This document shows, in pieces, positions 19,914 to 30,904 of a stretch of 64,000 bases of DNA. Source of the DNA: Candidatus Iainarchaeum sp. (lineage in GTDB: Archaea; Iainarchaeota; Iainarchaeia; Iainarchaeales; UBA10191); the NCBI GenBank assembly GCA_030649735.1, contig JAUSFL010000008.1, positions 64,001-128,000 on the forward strand. The letters run 5' to 3'. Both the position numbers and the translations under genes were made by a program. Under the pieces are notes generated by a model. That model saw nothing but the letters and a program-made list of their open reading frames with translations. It searched no databases and was not told the DNA's origin. Position 1 is the first letter of the stretch; each line of letters begins with the position of its first letter.

Positions 19914-21734
19914 TTACACCTTGTCCGTGATGTTGATTTTTGGCATTATTCCCAAAGCCTTTAATTCATCTAAGAGTAATTTGAATCCGTAAGCCATTTC
20001 TACAGGGTATACTTTTGATGAATTGCAGATTGGGCAGTATTTCTTGTTCCTGATGTGGTCGTTGATTGCGATTACTCCGCATTTTTCGCAGACTAATTCT
20101 GTGACTTTGTCAGAGTCTTCAATGAATTTTTCCTGCAATAGCATTGCCGCTCCGTGGCCTACAAGTGTTTCTCCTTCCATTTCTCCAAACCTTAAGCCGC
20201 CTTCTTTTTCTTTTCCTTCAGTTGGCTGGCGGGTGAGCATTTGCACCGGGCCTCTGGACCTTGCCTGCATTTTGTGCGCTACCATGTGGAATAGTCTCCT
20301 GTAAGAGATTACTCCGACAAAAATTTCTCCGTCCATTTTTTTTCCAGAAATTCCATCATAGAACACTTCTTTTCCGTCGCTTCTGAAGCCGTGCTCAAGC
20401 AAAATTTTTCTCAATTCTTTTTCTTTCACGTTGTCAAAGCCTGTTCCGTCAATTGTTTCTGCTGAAAGCGCGCCTGCTTTTCCGGCAAGCATTTCCAATA
20501 AGTGCCCAATTGTCATTCTTGATGGGACTGAGTGAGGGTTCATTATCAAGTCTGGCCTTAATCCAGTTTCTGTGAATGGCATGTCTTCTTCTGGAATTAG
20601 CGCTCCGCAGACTCCTTTCTGCCCGTGCTTGCTTGCGAACTTGTCTCCGGGCTCTGGAATCATTTCTCCGCGGATTTTGATTTTTACTAGCTTGTTTCCT
20701 GACTCGCCCTCAGTGACCATTACTTTGTCAATATATCCCGGCTTTCCTTTCCTGATGCCTACAGAGCTTTCGCGCCTTTTTTCCTGGATGATTCCAAATT
20801 CTGAAACTTCTTCCAAAAACCTTGGAGGGCTTGTCCTTCCAATAATAATTTCTTTTTCCTTGACGTACTGTTCCAGTTCTGCAAGGCCGTCTTCTCCCAA
20901 GTGATTGTATGCTTCAGGCCCCATTTGGCCTATTGTTTCTTCTTTTGGAACTTCAAACTTGTCGACTTGCCCGCCAGGATACCTGATTTCTTCGGCTTCG
21001 TAGCTTCTATAGTATGCTGAACGCCCAAGGCCCCTGTCTATGGAACCTTTGTTCAATACTGCGGCATCAAGCGAGTTGAATCCGTAAAATGGCAGTATTG
21101 CGACAACAAAGTTTTGCGCCTGCGGCCTTTCCGCAATGTGCAATAAATCCATTGTTTTTGTTGTGACTATTTCTTTTTGCGGGTAATACAATAAGTGCGC
21201 TTCAGTGTCGCTTCTCAAGTTATAATTGATTGCTCCAAGCCCGAGCGCTTGCTTTGCCATTTTTGCCCCGTGCAATGACCTTCCTGAAAGATTGTGCTCT
21301 ACGTAAGGAATCATTGAACTGATGATTGAGAGTGCTGCAATTCCTGAAATTTCCAAGTGAGTGTGCTCTTTGGTCAATTCTTTTTCTTCTGCAGCAACCA
21401 ATGCGTTTTCTTCCTCTTCAGAATCCAAGTATTCGACAAATCCCTTGTTTACCAAGTCTTGCCAGACGATTTTTCCGTCCTTGATTTGCTTTACAATGTC
21501 TTCTGTTATTTTTGGCGCTGCGCCTTCAACAACAATCAATGGCCTTTGGACCCTGCCTGAATCAGTGTTGATGTAAATTTCATTGGTGTCTTCGTGGAGT
21601 GCAATGTTTACTTGCTGGTCGATTTTTCCCTGCCTTCTTTTTTTGACCAAGTCTTTGACCAAGTCCTGGGGCTCTCTGTGGAAGCCAATCAATCTTCCGT
21701 TGATGAAAACTTTTGCTTTTTCTCCAATTGCCAT
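19914..21734 (-). CDS. rpoB1: RNA polymerase subunit B'
   Basis: GDKFASKHGQKG, NPHSVPSRMT, GGLRFGEME, C-terminal zinc ribbon. Confidence 0.99.
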   Translation of the reverse strand: MAIGEKAKVFINGRLIGFHREPQDLVKDLVKKRRQGKIDQQVNIALHEDTNEIYINTDSGRVQRPLIVVEGAAPKITEDIVKQIKDGKIVWQDLVNKGFVEYLDSEEEENALVAAEEKELTKEHTHLEISGIAALSIISSMIPYVEHNLSGRSLHGAKMAKQALGLGAINYNLRSDTEAHLLYYPQKEIVTTKTMDLLHIAERPQAQNFVVAILPFYGFNSLDAAVLNKGSIDRGLGRSAYYRSYEAEEIRYPGGQVDKFEVPKEETIGQMGPEAYNHLGEDGLAELEQYVKEKEIIIGRTSPPRFLEEVSEFGIIQEKRRESSVGIRKGKPGYIDKVMVTEGESGNKLVKIKIRGEMIPEPGDKFASKHGQKGVCGALIPEEDMPFTETGLRPDLIMNPHSVPSRMTIGHLLEMLAGKAGALSAETIDGTGFDNVKEKELRKILLEHGFRSDGKEVFYDGISGKKMDGEIFVGVISYRRLFHMVAHKMQARSRGPVQMLTRQPTEGKEKEGGLRFGEMEGETLVGHGAAMLLQEKFIEDSDKVTELVCEKCGVIAINDHIRNKKYCPICNSSKVYPVEMAYGFKLLLDELKALGIMPKINITDKV

Positions 21735-21751
21735 AAGCGCACCTTAAAAAA

Positions 21752-23218
21752 TTATTTTAATTTCACTCCCATTTCCCTGAGCATTTTTTCAACTGGCTCT
21801 TCGCTTGATTCAGTGGTCACTTCAGCCATTAACGCCAAGTTTTTTACCAGGCCGCATTGCGGTCCGTCTGGAGTTTCTATTGGGCAGAGTCTTCCAAAGT
21901 GAGTTCCGTGGACATCTCTTGCCTCGTAAAGTTCGCGGTTTTTGTCCAATGGGCTTTTTACTTTTCTCAAATCAGTCAATGGCGCCAAGTAGTTTACGCG
22001 ATCCATGAATTTTGAGACTCCTGTAGCTCTTCCAATCCAATTGCCTGTGCTCATTGCAAACTTTATTCTTTCAGTTACTGCTCCAGGCCTTACGATTGTT
22101 GAAATATTCAATTTTCTCCTTCTAGTAATAGTCCTATCAATTTGGAACTTCAGGTCTTTCACAAAGTACTTGAAAGAATACCTGAACAAGTGCTCCATTA
22201 ATTTTCCTGAAAGCTCGAGCCTTTTGTTCGCGTAATGGTCCTTGTCGTCCTGTCCTCTGAGCTTGTAAGAGCGTTCAACGGCTTTTGTCGCCATCATTGT
22301 CAGATAGTATGCTTTTGCCAATCTGTCTTCTGGCTTTTGCCCAATGTGCGGCAATAGGAAAGCATCAATTACTTCCTGCGCCCTGCGCAATCTATAATCT
22401 ATTACTTGCCCTGGAGCAACATATTTTCCAATCCGGTCCAAGGCTTCTTCCTGGTCTTTGACCATTAATTGCTCAAGGTTTAATGCAACATCATTCTTGA
22501 TTTCAATTCTTTCATCAAAAGCGTCAGTGATTTCCTTGTCTGAATTCAATCCCAAAGCCTTCAAAAGCGTGAACAGCCTTAGTTTGCGCGGTGATGCTGG
22601 AAAAGAAACTGCAAGCATTCCGTCAGGGCTTCTTTGAATCCTGACCCTGCCTTTGAAAGCGCCTTTTGTGGAAATTACTTCCGCAATGATTTTTTCCTGC
22701 GCTTGCTCGCTGACCAAAACCCTGTCTGAAGCCAGGACTTCCTGAGTCATAAGGGCCTTTTCAGAGCCGTTAATGATAAAGTATCCGCCGAAATCTTTCG
22801 GGTCTTCGCCGACTTCAATCAATTCTTCTTCTGTCTTGTTTTCAAGCCAGCACCTGTTTGATTTCAGCATTATTGGCAGTTCGCCAATGTAAGTTTTTTT
22901 CACGTCTTGCTCGACGTCTCTTCTTGAAAGCCTCATTGTCAAATAGATTGGAGCGCTGTAAGTCCTGTTTCTCATTCTGGCTTCCATTGGGGAAATTACC
23001 CTTGGAGAGCCGTCTGCTTCAGTGAGCTTTGGCTTTTGGATTTCAATGTCTGAAAGCTCGATTTTTACTTCTTCAATTTTTGGAATGATTTGCTTGTTCT
23101 CTTCAACAATGTCTTTCAGCTTCCAGTCCACGAACTGGTTGAAGGAGTTTATTTCCATTTGCGCAAAATTCCTGTTTTTAAAGTATGCCTGGATTATTGG
23201 CCAAGTTTTTAGTGCCAT
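21752..23218 (-). CDS. rpoB2: RNA polymerase subunit B''
   Basis: GGYFIINGSEK, DDKDHYANKRL, CPIETPDG..CGLVKNL. Confidence 0.98.
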   Translation of the reverse strand: MALKTWPIIQAYFKNRNFAQMEINSFNQFVDWKLKDIVEENKQIIPKIEEVKIELSDIEIQKPKLTEADGSPRVISPMEARMRNRTYSAPIYLTMRLSRRDVEQDVKKTYIGELPIMLKSNRCWLENKTEEELIEVGEDPKDFGGYFIINGSEKALMTQEVLASDRVLVSEQAQEKIIAEVISTKGAFKGRVRIQRSPDGMLAVSFPASPRKLRLFTLLKALGLNSDKEITDAFDERIEIKNDVALNLEQLMVKDQEEALDRIGKYVAPGQVIDYRLRRAQEVIDAFLLPHIGQKPEDRLAKAYYLTMMATKAVERSYKLRGQDDKDHYANKRLELSGKLMEHLFRYSFKYFVKDLKFQIDRTITRRRKLNISTIVRPGAVTERIKFAMSTGNWIGRATGVSKFMDRVNYLAPLTDLRKVKSPLDKNRELYEARDVHGTHFGRLCPIETPDGPQCGLVKNLALMAEVTTESSEEPVEKMLREMGVKLK

Positions 23219-23219
23219 T

Positions 23220-23453
23220 TTAGACCACAATCCTGAAGTATGTCGCTTTTCCAGCAGTCCTGCTGTTTCGGATTATTTTGATCAAGTCGCCTTTTTTTGC
23301 GCCGATTTCTTCAATCATTGGATCGTCGCGCAGAATTTGAGGGAATTTTTTAGCGTCAGCGCCGTATTTTGCAAGTATTTCTTGGGCTTTTTCCGCGGGA
23401 ATTATCTCGTGCCTTGGAACAAGTAGATTTTCTGAAAGTGTTTTCAAACCCAA
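23220..23453 (-). CDS. rpoH: RNA polymerase subunit H (Rpo5)
   Basis: LVPRHEI, DP, IIRNSRTAG..YFRIV. Confidence 0.97.
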   Translation of the reverse strand: MGLKTLSENLLVPRHEIIPAEKAQEILAKYGADAKKFPQILRDDPMIEEIGAKKGDLIKIIRNSRTAGKATYFRIVV

Positions 23454-23730
23454 AATTTCACCTGCTTAGTGAAAAACCACTCTGGTGCTGGGGATTGTTT
23501 CTCAATTGCCAAATCTTTGGTGCTGATAGCTGTCTTGAGCGCGGATTACAATTCAAGGCTTAGGCTTAACATTAAATTTACACCGTTTCTTTGGCTGAGA
23601 AATCGATAAGGGTGGTTTTTAGTTAATTAACATAAGAAAACGTTTTAAAACTATTGTCGAAGCCTGCAAAAAGCCTTGAAAACCATTGGTTATTGAAAAA
23701 ACTTATTAAACTGCCTTGCCTGATTTTCTA

Positions 23731-25182
23731 ATGCCTTTCAAGGAAAAGCTTGGCTTGTTTGACACCACTAATTTGGTGATTGGGGCAGTAATAGGTTCTG
23801 ACATTTATGTAGCAACTTATTTTGGCATGAATCAATTAGGGCCTTCAAGCATTTTGGTCTGGATTGTTGCGGGAATTTTTGCAATCATTACCGCATTGGC
23901 TTTTGCGCAGTGCGCGCGTTCTGTAAAAAAAGTCGGCGGGCCTTACGCCTTTGTAAAGCAGGCCTTTGGGCATTTTCCTGCATTCATTTCGGGCTGGCTT
24001 TTGTGGCTTGCAGAGCTTGCCGGGCTTTGCGTCTTTCCCCTTGCTTTTGTGACTTACTTGCAATTCTTCATTCCTTTGGATTTTATTGCGCGAACTGCAG
24101 TGATTGGGTTGTTCATTTGCTTTCTTTTCTTCACGAACTATTTTGGAATCAAAAAGGCTGCGCACACCAATGACATTTTCACTATTGTAAAGCTTTTTCC
24201 ATTGCTTTTGATAATGCTTTTGGGGCTTTTTTTGGTTTTCTTCCGGCCTTCGCAAGTTTTCGCAAATTTCATGCCTTTCATGCCTTTCGGGTTTTCTGGA
24301 TTTGGAGAATCATTAGTCTTGATTTTTTGGGCTTTTGTTGGATTTGAAATTGCAACAATTCCCGCGGGGGAAATAAGAAATCCTGGAAAAACAATCCCAA
24401 AGGCAATAATGATTGGAATGATCATAGTCACTGTCTTTTACTTGCTGACTAATCTTTCCTTGATTGCCATTGCTGGAATGCAATTGGCGGAGCATGATGC
24501 TCCATTGGCTTTTGCGGCTTCTTTAATGCTTGGAAGCATTGGCGCTTTAGTCATTGCAGTCGGGGCCTTGGTTTCTGTCTCTGGAAGCGATGAAAGCAAT
24601 TTGATTGGGACTGTTCGCTTGGGATATGCCTTGGCTGCTGATGGCTATTTTCCAAAGCAAATGGCAAAATTGCATCCAAAATACGCAAGCCCTTATGTTT
24701 CTCTAATTGTCCACAGTATTTTGGCTTTCATTCTCACTGCGTTTTTTTCAATAAAGCAGTTCATTATTTTTTCAACATTCAATTTTGCATTGGTGTATTT
24801 GCTGGTGACTTTTTCTGCCTTCAGGATTGGCGGAGCCAAAAACCTTTTCGAGAAGGCAGTGCTTTATGCCAGTTCCTTGATTTGCCTTTATTTGCTCGCC
24901 AACATTGGAATCAATGAATTCCTTGCGGGAATAGCGTGCATTGCGTTTGCAGTCGTGATTTATCCTTTCTTTTCAAAGCAAGAGTTAAAGGACGAGAAAA
25001 AGTTCTTTTTCAGGGAAGAGCACGTGCTTTACAGGATGGTAAGGCATGAAGAGTCTTTTTTGGCAAATGCTTTCAAGCATTTTAAAATTCTCGCGCGAAA
25101 GCTCCTTGGCTTGAAGCATGCGCATTCCTTGAGGGAAAGGCCTCACTCGCATTCTGGCAGAAAGTTTGCGGTAAAATTCTGA
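23731..25182 (+). CDS. APC-family amino acid permease
   Basis: IGSDIY, GGPYAFV, WAFVGFE, EIRNPGKTIP; about 12 TM helices. Confidence 0.92.
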   Translation: MPFKEKLGLFDTTNLVIGAVIGSDIYVATYFGMNQLGPSSILVWIVAGIFAIITALAFAQCARSVKKVGGPYAFVKQAFGHFPAFISGWLLWLAELAGLCVFPLAFVTYLQFFIPLDFIARTAVIGLFICFLFFTNYFGIKKAAHTNDIFTIVKLFPLLLIMLLGLFLVFFRPSQVFANFMPFMPFGFSGFGESLVLIFWAFVGFEIATIPAGEIRNPGKTIPKAIMIGMIIVTVFYLLTNLSLIAIAGMQLAEHDAPLAFAASLMLGSIGALVIAVGALVSVSGSDESNLIGTVRLGYALAADGYFPKQMAKLHPKYASPYVSLIVHSILAFILTAFFSIKQFIIFSTFNFALVYLLVTFSAFRIGGAKNLFEKAVLYASSLICLYLLANIGINEFLAGIACIAFAVVIYPFFSKQELKDEKKFFFREEHVLYRMVRHEESFLANAFKHFKILARKLLGLKHAHSLRERPHSHSGRKFAVKF

Positions 25183-25224
25183 ATTTCTAAAAAGCTTTAA
25201 AACGACTTTAGACATTGATTAATC

Positions 25225-25710
25225 ATGCATAGGCCTTTTAGGAAGACTCCTTTGAAAAAGAGAGTCTTGAAATACACCATTAAAGTCCAGAAAGAATGGC
25301 CTGACAAGACAGCGCATCTTCCGGGCCGCTTGGCGCTTTCAGAAAGAGCGGGCTATTTTCGCGGCTTGACTGGCATGCTTGTCAAGGATGAAGTTCTTGC
25401 TTATCTCTTGCTTGACTACCATAATTCTCCAGAAAAAATAGTCCAGGACATTCAAAAGCACGTTGCCAATGTCACGAAAGGCAATATTCCGCGCGCTATC
25501 CATTACATTGATGATACAATCCGCAGAGTGCGTGACGCCAGCGTTCAAAATCCCACTTCATTGGTTTTGCAAAGAATGGCGCGAATTAAGGGCTTGAGCG
25601 AGAAGGATTCTGAAAAGTACGCTCAGCAAATTGGCCATTTGATAAACTACCAGACAAGCGAAATAATCTCGACTTTAGAAATTTGCAAAATGCGCCTTCA
25701 AAGAAAATAA
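25225..25710 (+). CDS. Orphan basic protein with MHRPFRKTPLKKR N-terminus
   Basis: TTTAAAA box about 23 nt upstream; followed by a hairpin terminator. Confidence 0.7.
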   Translation: MHRPFRKTPLKKRVLKYTIKVQKEWPDKTAHLPGRLALSERAGYFRGLTGMLVKDEVLAYLLLDYHNSPEKIVQDIQKHVANVTKGNIPRAIHYIDDTIRRVRDASVQNPTSLVLQRMARIKGLSEKDSEKYAQQIGHLINYQTSEIISTLEICKMRLQRK

Positions 25711-25722
25711 AGAAAGAAAAAG

Positions 25723-25752
25723 AAAAAACCCAGGTTTGCTGGGTTTTTTTTT
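25723..25752. terminator. Bidirectional hairpin plus oligo-T terminator between convergent genes
   Basis: AAAAAACCCAG-GTTTG-CTGGGTTTTTT inverted repeat with flanking A and T runs. Confidence 0.65.
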
Positions 25753-25754
25753 AA

Positions 25755-26759
25755 TTATTGATCTGTTCGAACTATTCTAATTGAATACAGTCCTTTTTCG
25801 TTAATTCCCAATTCCAATCTTTGAGAGCCGGTATCAACGCCATTAGGCAAGTATTGGAAATTTCCGCTTTCCCGCAGAGTGAACTTTCCTGAGCTTCCAT
25901 CACTTGAAATTGCAGTCAGCCCTAAGTATAGGCTTTTTCCAGCATATGCTCCTGCGCCTCTAACACCGAAAGACCCTCCATTTGTATTTAACTCAACCAA
26001 TTCATTAGAGTCTGAATTTTGGAGATTGATTTTTGCATATCCTGAAGTTGATCCTGTTGCGACAATGTCAATTACAGTTACTGTAGTCTCCATTAAATCA
26101 GTTCCATTGTCTGCTGTAAAATCCAGGTCTCCTTTTCCTTGGACAACTGTAGATATTAGAAAGTTACAGTGGCCTTCTCCAGAAACTGTTATTGAGTTTG
26201 ATGTTATTTCGCACAAAGTAAGTGCCCTTTGATTATCAATGAAGTATTGCTCATCGTCTTCTCCAGTGTCCTTGAACAGTTTTATTTCTGGATTGAAGTT
26301 CCATCTTTGTTCTTTTTCAGCATAAGCTGTAGATTGTGTTACATCGTAATAGTCATTGTCCAGTTTTTCACTCAAGACTTTGTTTTTGATTAATACTATT
26401 TTTATTGTTTGCGAGCTTGTCAGCATTACTTCTGCCCCGTTGTAAAAGTAATTGTTTTTGTATGCATTAATTGCATATTTTGACTGAGGCAATGTGAAGC
26501 TAACTGTTCCGTCAGCGCCTGTTTTTTGGCCTGCGTCAAGGTTTCCGCTCAAATTTGCCCACCTAAGACTTTCTCCAAGCTGGTTAATGTTAGAGCTTAG
26601 CGTGTAGTTTGTGTAAACATTCACTGTTGCGCCGTCAATTGGGACTCCTGCCTCGTCAACGACGTTAATTGTCAAAGTGTTCAGGCTTTGGTTTGTGCAA
26701 CCGAACAAGAACAATCCCGCAAGCAAAAGCAGCGGAAGTATCAAAATTTTTTTCTGCAT
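25755..26759 (-). CDS. Putative lipoprotein with carboxypeptidase-regulatory-like (Ig-like) domain
   Basis: LFLFGC lipobox; VVDEAGVPIDGATV and TGADG motifs. Confidence 0.8.
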   Translation of the reverse strand: MQKKILILPLLLLAGLFLFGCTNQSLNTLTINVVDEAGVPIDGATVNVYTNYTLSSNINQLGESLRWANLSGNLDAGQKTGADGTVSFTLPQSKYAINAYKNNYFYNGAEVMLTSSQTIKIVLIKNKVLSEKLDNDYYDVTQSTAYAEKEQRWNFNPEIKLFKDTGEDDEQYFIDNQRALTLCEITSNSITVSGEGHCNFLISTVVQGKGDLDFTADNGTDLMETTVTVIDIVATGSTSGYAKINLQNSDSNELVELNTNGGSFGVRGAGAYAGKSLYLGLTAISSDGSSGKFTLRESGNFQYLPNGVDTGSQRLELGINEKGLYSIRIVRTDQ

Positions 26760-26922
26760 TTAAAAAAACCTCCAAAATAGAATTTTGTATTGCATTGAAG
26801 GCGTTTCCTGGATTTAAAGCTTTGGCTTGGCTTTAAAATAAAAAGAAAGAAGGAAAAAAAGCCTTGAAAAGAGATTGTTTCTTTTCTTATACAATCTTTT
26901 CCACGGCTTTTTTTTGAACAAG

Positions 26923-29571
26923 TCACTTTTTCTTGTCTTTCAATGCAGCGTGCGCTGCCGCAAGCCTTGCGATTGGCACGCGGAATGGAGAACAGCTCAC
27001 ATAGCTCAAGCCGACATTGTGGCAGAACTCGACTGATTTTGGGTCTCCGCCTTGCTCTCCGCAAATTCCGACCTTTAATTCAGGCTTTGTTTTGCGGCCT
27101 TTTGAAACGCTCATTTTGATGAGCTCTCCAACGCCTTCCTGGTCTACTGATTCGAAAGGGTCGTCCTTGAAGATTTTCTTGTCCAAGTAGTGCTTGATGA
27201 AAGTTCCTGCATCATCCCTTGAAAACCCGAAGGTTGTTTGCGTCAAGTCGTTTGTTCCAAAGCTGAAGAATTCCGCATGCTCTGCAATCTTGTCTGCTAT
27301 AATGCATGCCCTTGGCAGTTCCATCATCACTCCAACTTTGTACTTGACTTTTTCGCCCTTGGTTTGCATTATTGCTTTTGCAGTGTTGTCAATGAGCTCT
27401 TTCATGAATTTCATTTCATTTTCCAAGCAAAGCACTGGAACCATGATTTCTGCTTTTGCGTCAATGCCCTTGCGCTTTGAGTCAATTGCCGCCTCAATTA
27501 TTGCCTGCACTTGCATTTCAGCAATTTCAGGATAAACTATTGCAAGCCTGCAGCCCCTGAAGCCAAGCATTGGGTTGAACTCGTGCAGTGCGTGAATTGT
27601 TGACTTGACTTTTTCAACGCTTATTTTCATTTCAGTCGCCAAGTCCTTGATGTCTTTTTCTTCCCTTGGCAAAAACTCGTGCAATGGAGGATCCAAAAGC
27701 CTGATTGTTACATCAAGCCCGTTCATTGCCTCGAACAGTCCCAAAAAGTCTGCTTTTTGGTAAGGCAATAATTTTGTCAATGCTTTTTTCCTGCCTTCTA
27801 AAGTGTCTGCCAGAATCATTTCACGCATTGCCTTGATTCTTTCGCCTTCAAAAAACATGTGCTCTGTCCTGCAAAGCCCGATTCCTTCAGCGCCAAAATT
27901 GCGCGCAACTTGCGCGTCGTGCGGAGTGTCGGCGTTTGTTCTAACGCCCAGCTTTTTGAAACTGTCGGCCCATTTCATTAATTCCCCGAATTCTCCCTTC
28001 ATTTGCGGTTCAACTAATGGAATTTCTCCCTGGTATACTTCTCCAGTTGCTCCGTCAAGGCTTACTATTTCGAATTCCTTGATTTTGATGCCTTTTGAAG
28101 GAACTTCAAAATATCCTTCCTTTTCATGCACTGTTATTTCTCCGCAGCCTGAAACGCAAGGCTTTCCCATTCCTCTGGCTACAACCGCAGCATGAGATGT
28201 GATTCCGCCCCTTGCCGTCAAAAATCCCTGGCTTACGTGCATTCCTTCAATGTCTTCAGGGCTTGTTTCAGTCCTGATGAGCACGATTTTTTCTTTAGGG
28301 TTTTTTTCAAACATGTCTTTTGCTTTTTCTGCGTTAAAGACTGCCTTTCCCACTGCTGCTCCAGGGGATGCCGCGAGTCCTTTTGCAATGACTTCATGCT
28401 TTTCCCTGGCAATTGGATCAAGCTGTTTGTGCAGCAATTGGTTCAATTGGTTCGGGTCAACGCGCAATACTGCCTCTTCTTTGGAAATTATTCCTTCCTT
28501 TTCCATGTCCACTGCGATTTTCACTGCGGCGTGCGCTGTCCTTTTTCCTTTTCTTGTCTGCAATAAATAGAGCTTGTTTTTTTCTATTGTGAATTCAAAG
28601 TCTTGCATTTCCTTGTAATTCTTTTCAAGGATTTCATAAGTTTCAATTAATTCCTCGTAGGCCTTTGGCAGGTATTTTTTCAAGGCGTCAATTGGCTCTG
28701 GAGTCCTGATGCCTGCAACAACGTCTTCTCCTTGCGCGTTAATCAGGAATTCTCCATAGTGTTCCTTGTTTCCGTTTGCCGGATTGCGCGTGAATGCAAC
28801 CCCGGTTCCAGAGTCATTTCCCATGTTCCCAAAAACCATTGACTGTACATTGACTCCGGTTCCAGCATCGTCGCGGAGCTTGTTGATTCTTCTGTACGCG
28901 AGGGCGCGGGTGCAGTTCCAAGAGCTGAACACTGCGTCAATTGACAACGTTAATTGTTCCCAAGGGTTTTGCGGGAATTCTTTCCCTTTTTCCTGCTTTA
29001 CTATTGCCTTGTATTCTGAAACTATTTTTTTCAAGTCTTCAGCGTCAAGCTCTGTGTCGAAAGAAACTCCTTTGGTCTCTTTTGCCTTTTCAAGCACGTG
29101 CTCGAATTTTGGCATGTCAATTTCCAGCACGACATCACCGAACATTTGGATGAACCGCCTGTAAGAGTCCCATGCTGCGCGTTCATTTTTTGTTTGTGAG
29201 CCAAAGGCAACAACGCTTTTGTCATTCATTCCTAAATTAAGGATTGTTTCCATCATTCCAGGCATTGAAACATAGCTTCCGCTCCTGACTGACACAAACA
29301 GCGGGTTTTTGTCGTCGCCAAGCTTTTTTCCCATTTTTTTTTCCAAGGCCTCAAGCTTTTTCTTTACCTGTTCATTAAGCCCGACTGGCCATTTTTTTCC
29401 CAAATCGTAAAATTCCCTGCAGCCTTCAGTGGTTATTGTGAATCCTGGAGGCACTGGCAGGCCTTTGCTTGTCATTTCGCACAATTGCGCTCCCTTATTT
29501 CCAAGCAAAAACTGCGCTTCTTCAGTATTTCCTTCTTTTATCTCTTCAAAGCTGAAAACATAATCTTTCAT
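26923..29571 (-). CDS. ppdK: Pyruvate, phosphate dikinase
   Basis: PVPPGFTITTE, GEDVVAG, GGITSHAAVVAR phospho-His motif, FSFGTNDLTQ. Confidence 0.98.
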   Translation of the reverse strand: MKDYVFSFEEIKEGNTEEAQFLLGNKGAQLCEMTSKGLPVPPGFTITTEGCREFYDLGKKWPVGLNEQVKKKLEALEKKMGKKLGDDKNPLFVSVRSGSYVSMPGMMETILNLGMNDKSVVAFGSQTKNERAAWDSYRRFIQMFGDVVLEIDMPKFEHVLEKAKETKGVSFDTELDAEDLKKIVSEYKAIVKQEKGKEFPQNPWEQLTLSIDAVFSSWNCTRALAYRRINKLRDDAGTGVNVQSMVFGNMGNDSGTGVAFTRNPANGNKEHYGEFLINAQGEDVVAGIRTPEPIDALKKYLPKAYEELIETYEILEKNYKEMQDFEFTIEKNKLYLLQTRKGKRTAHAAVKIAVDMEKEGIISKEEAVLRVDPNQLNQLLHKQLDPIAREKHEVIAKGLAASPGAAVGKAVFNAEKAKDMFEKNPKEKIVLIRTETSPEDIEGMHVSQGFLTARGGITSHAAVVARGMGKPCVSGCGEITVHEKEGYFEVPSKGIKIKEFEIVSLDGATGEVYQGEIPLVEPQMKGEFGELMKWADSFKKLGVRTNADTPHDAQVARNFGAEGIGLCRTEHMFFEGERIKAMREMILADTLEGRKKALTKLLPYQKADFLGLFEAMNGLDVTIRLLDPPLHEFLPREEKDIKDLATEMKISVEKVKSTIHALHEFNPMLGFRGCRLAIVYPEIAEMQVQAIIEAAIDSKRKGIDAKAEIMVPVLCLENEMKFMKELIDNTAKAIMQTKGEKVKYKVGVMMELPRACIIADKIAEHAEFFSFGTNDLTQTTFGFSRDDAGTFIKHYLDKKIFKDDPFESVDQEGVGELIKMSVSKGRKTKPELKVGICGEQGGDPKSVEFCHNVGLSYVSCSPFRVPIARLAAAHAALKDKKK

Positions 29572-29660
29572 TAAAACTCACCTGCTTTTTTTCCGTGAAA
29601 ACTCAAAGAAATTTGCTGTTAATCTTGAAAGTAGAAGTCAATAAAAAAGGAATCTTTTTT

Positions 29661-30899
29661 TTACAAGATTCCGACTTGCTGCAAAACCAGTGTAATGCTT
29701 AAAGCGCTTAGCGCTATTGCAGAAACCCACGCGATTATGTTGAACCATTTTCCGTTGGTGTACTCGCCCATTATTTTCTTGTCATTGATTATCAAAAGCA
29801 TCATTATCAGGATTATGGGCAGCATTATGCCGTTAATCACTTGCGAAATGTACATTATTGGAATTAATGGAATGTTTGGCAGCATTATAATCAACGCTCC
29901 AACCGCAATGAGTATTGTAATAAGCCCGTAAAATTGCGGCGCTTCCTTGAATTTCTTGTTCACTCCGGAATTCCACCCGAATGCCTCGCAAACAAAGTAT
30001 GCAGTGGCCAATGGCAAAATTGCGGCCGCGAACAATGACGCAATGAACAGTCCAATCCCGAATAATACTGTTGCGTAAGCGCCTGCAAAAGGGCCTAAAG
30101 CCATTGCGGCGTCTTTTGCGCTGTCAACTGCAATTCCACGAGAGAACAAAGTCGCCGCGGTCGCGACAATTATGAAAAACATTATCACTACTGTCACAAT
30201 GCTTCCCAAAATCACGTCAATTCTTGAATATTTTAGGCTTTCTTTCTGCAATCCTTTTTCAACCACGGCGCTTTGCAGGTAGAATTGCATCCAAGGCGCT
30301 ATTGTTGTTCCAACCAATGCAACAAGCATCATCAAATACCCGGCTTCAAAACTTATTACCGGGTTTACAAGGCTGGTTCCGATTGTTCCCCAGTCAGGAT
30401 TTGACATCAGGCCCGCAATCACGTAAGAAATGTAAAACAGGCACGCAATCAAGAATGCCTTTTCCATGCTTTTGTAATTGCTTTTCACAATCAACACCCA
30501 CACGAAAATCGCGCAAGCAGGAACCAAGAGCAGTTTGCTGATTCCAAACAATTCCCCAGAGGCCGCAATGCCTGCAAATTCTGCAATCACGTTCCCCAAG
30601 TTTGTAATCAGCAATCCAACCATTAATGCAAAAGTTATTTTCACGCGAAAGTTTTCCCTTATCAGGTCGCTCAGGCCTTTTCCAGTCGCGATTGCCATCC
30701 TGACTCCCATTTCCTGGATTATGATGAGGACTATTGCGATTGGAATCATTACCCAAAGGAATGCATATCCAAAGTGCGAGCCTGCAATGGAGTATGTTGC
30801 AATTCCGCCGGCGTCATTGTCCACTGCGCTAGTGATTAGTCCAGGCCCGATTGTCATCAAGAACAATAAGAATATTTTTTTGTCAAACTTTAATTCCAT
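29661..30899 (-). CDS. NRAMP-related divalent metal (probably Mg2+) transporter
   Basis: GPGLI..DNDAGG in place of DPGN, GTTIAPW; directly downstream of the MgtE-like cytosolic gene. Confidence 0.88.
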   Translation of the reverse strand: MELKFDKKIFLLFLMTIGPGLITSAVDNDAGGIATYSIAGSHFGYAFLWVMIPIAIVLIIIQEMGVRMAIATGKGLSDLIRENFRVKITFALMVGLLITNLGNVIAEFAGIAASGELFGISKLLLVPACAIFVWVLIVKSNYKSMEKAFLIACLFYISYVIAGLMSNPDWGTIGTSLVNPVISFEAGYLMMLVALVGTTIAPWMQFYLQSAVVEKGLQKESLKYSRIDVILGSIVTVVIMFFIIVATAATLFSRGIAVDSAKDAAMALGPFAGAYATVLFGIGLFIASLFAAAILPLATAYFVCEAFGWNSGVNKKFKEAPQFYGLITILIAVGALIIMLPNIPLIPIMYISQVINGIMLPIILIMMLLIINDKKIMGEYTNGKWFNIIAWVSAIALSALSITLVLQQVGIL

Positions 30900-30904
30900 G
30901 AAAA

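Noticed and set aside
21734-21752. rpoB split as a frameshift or pseudogene
   Set aside because: The B''/B' split is a known natural arrangement in several archaeal lineages; both parts are intact with a normal spacer
23455-23715. ncRNA in the rpoH-permease intergenic region
   Set aside because: No convincing stems or boxes; consistent with divergent promoters and a leader
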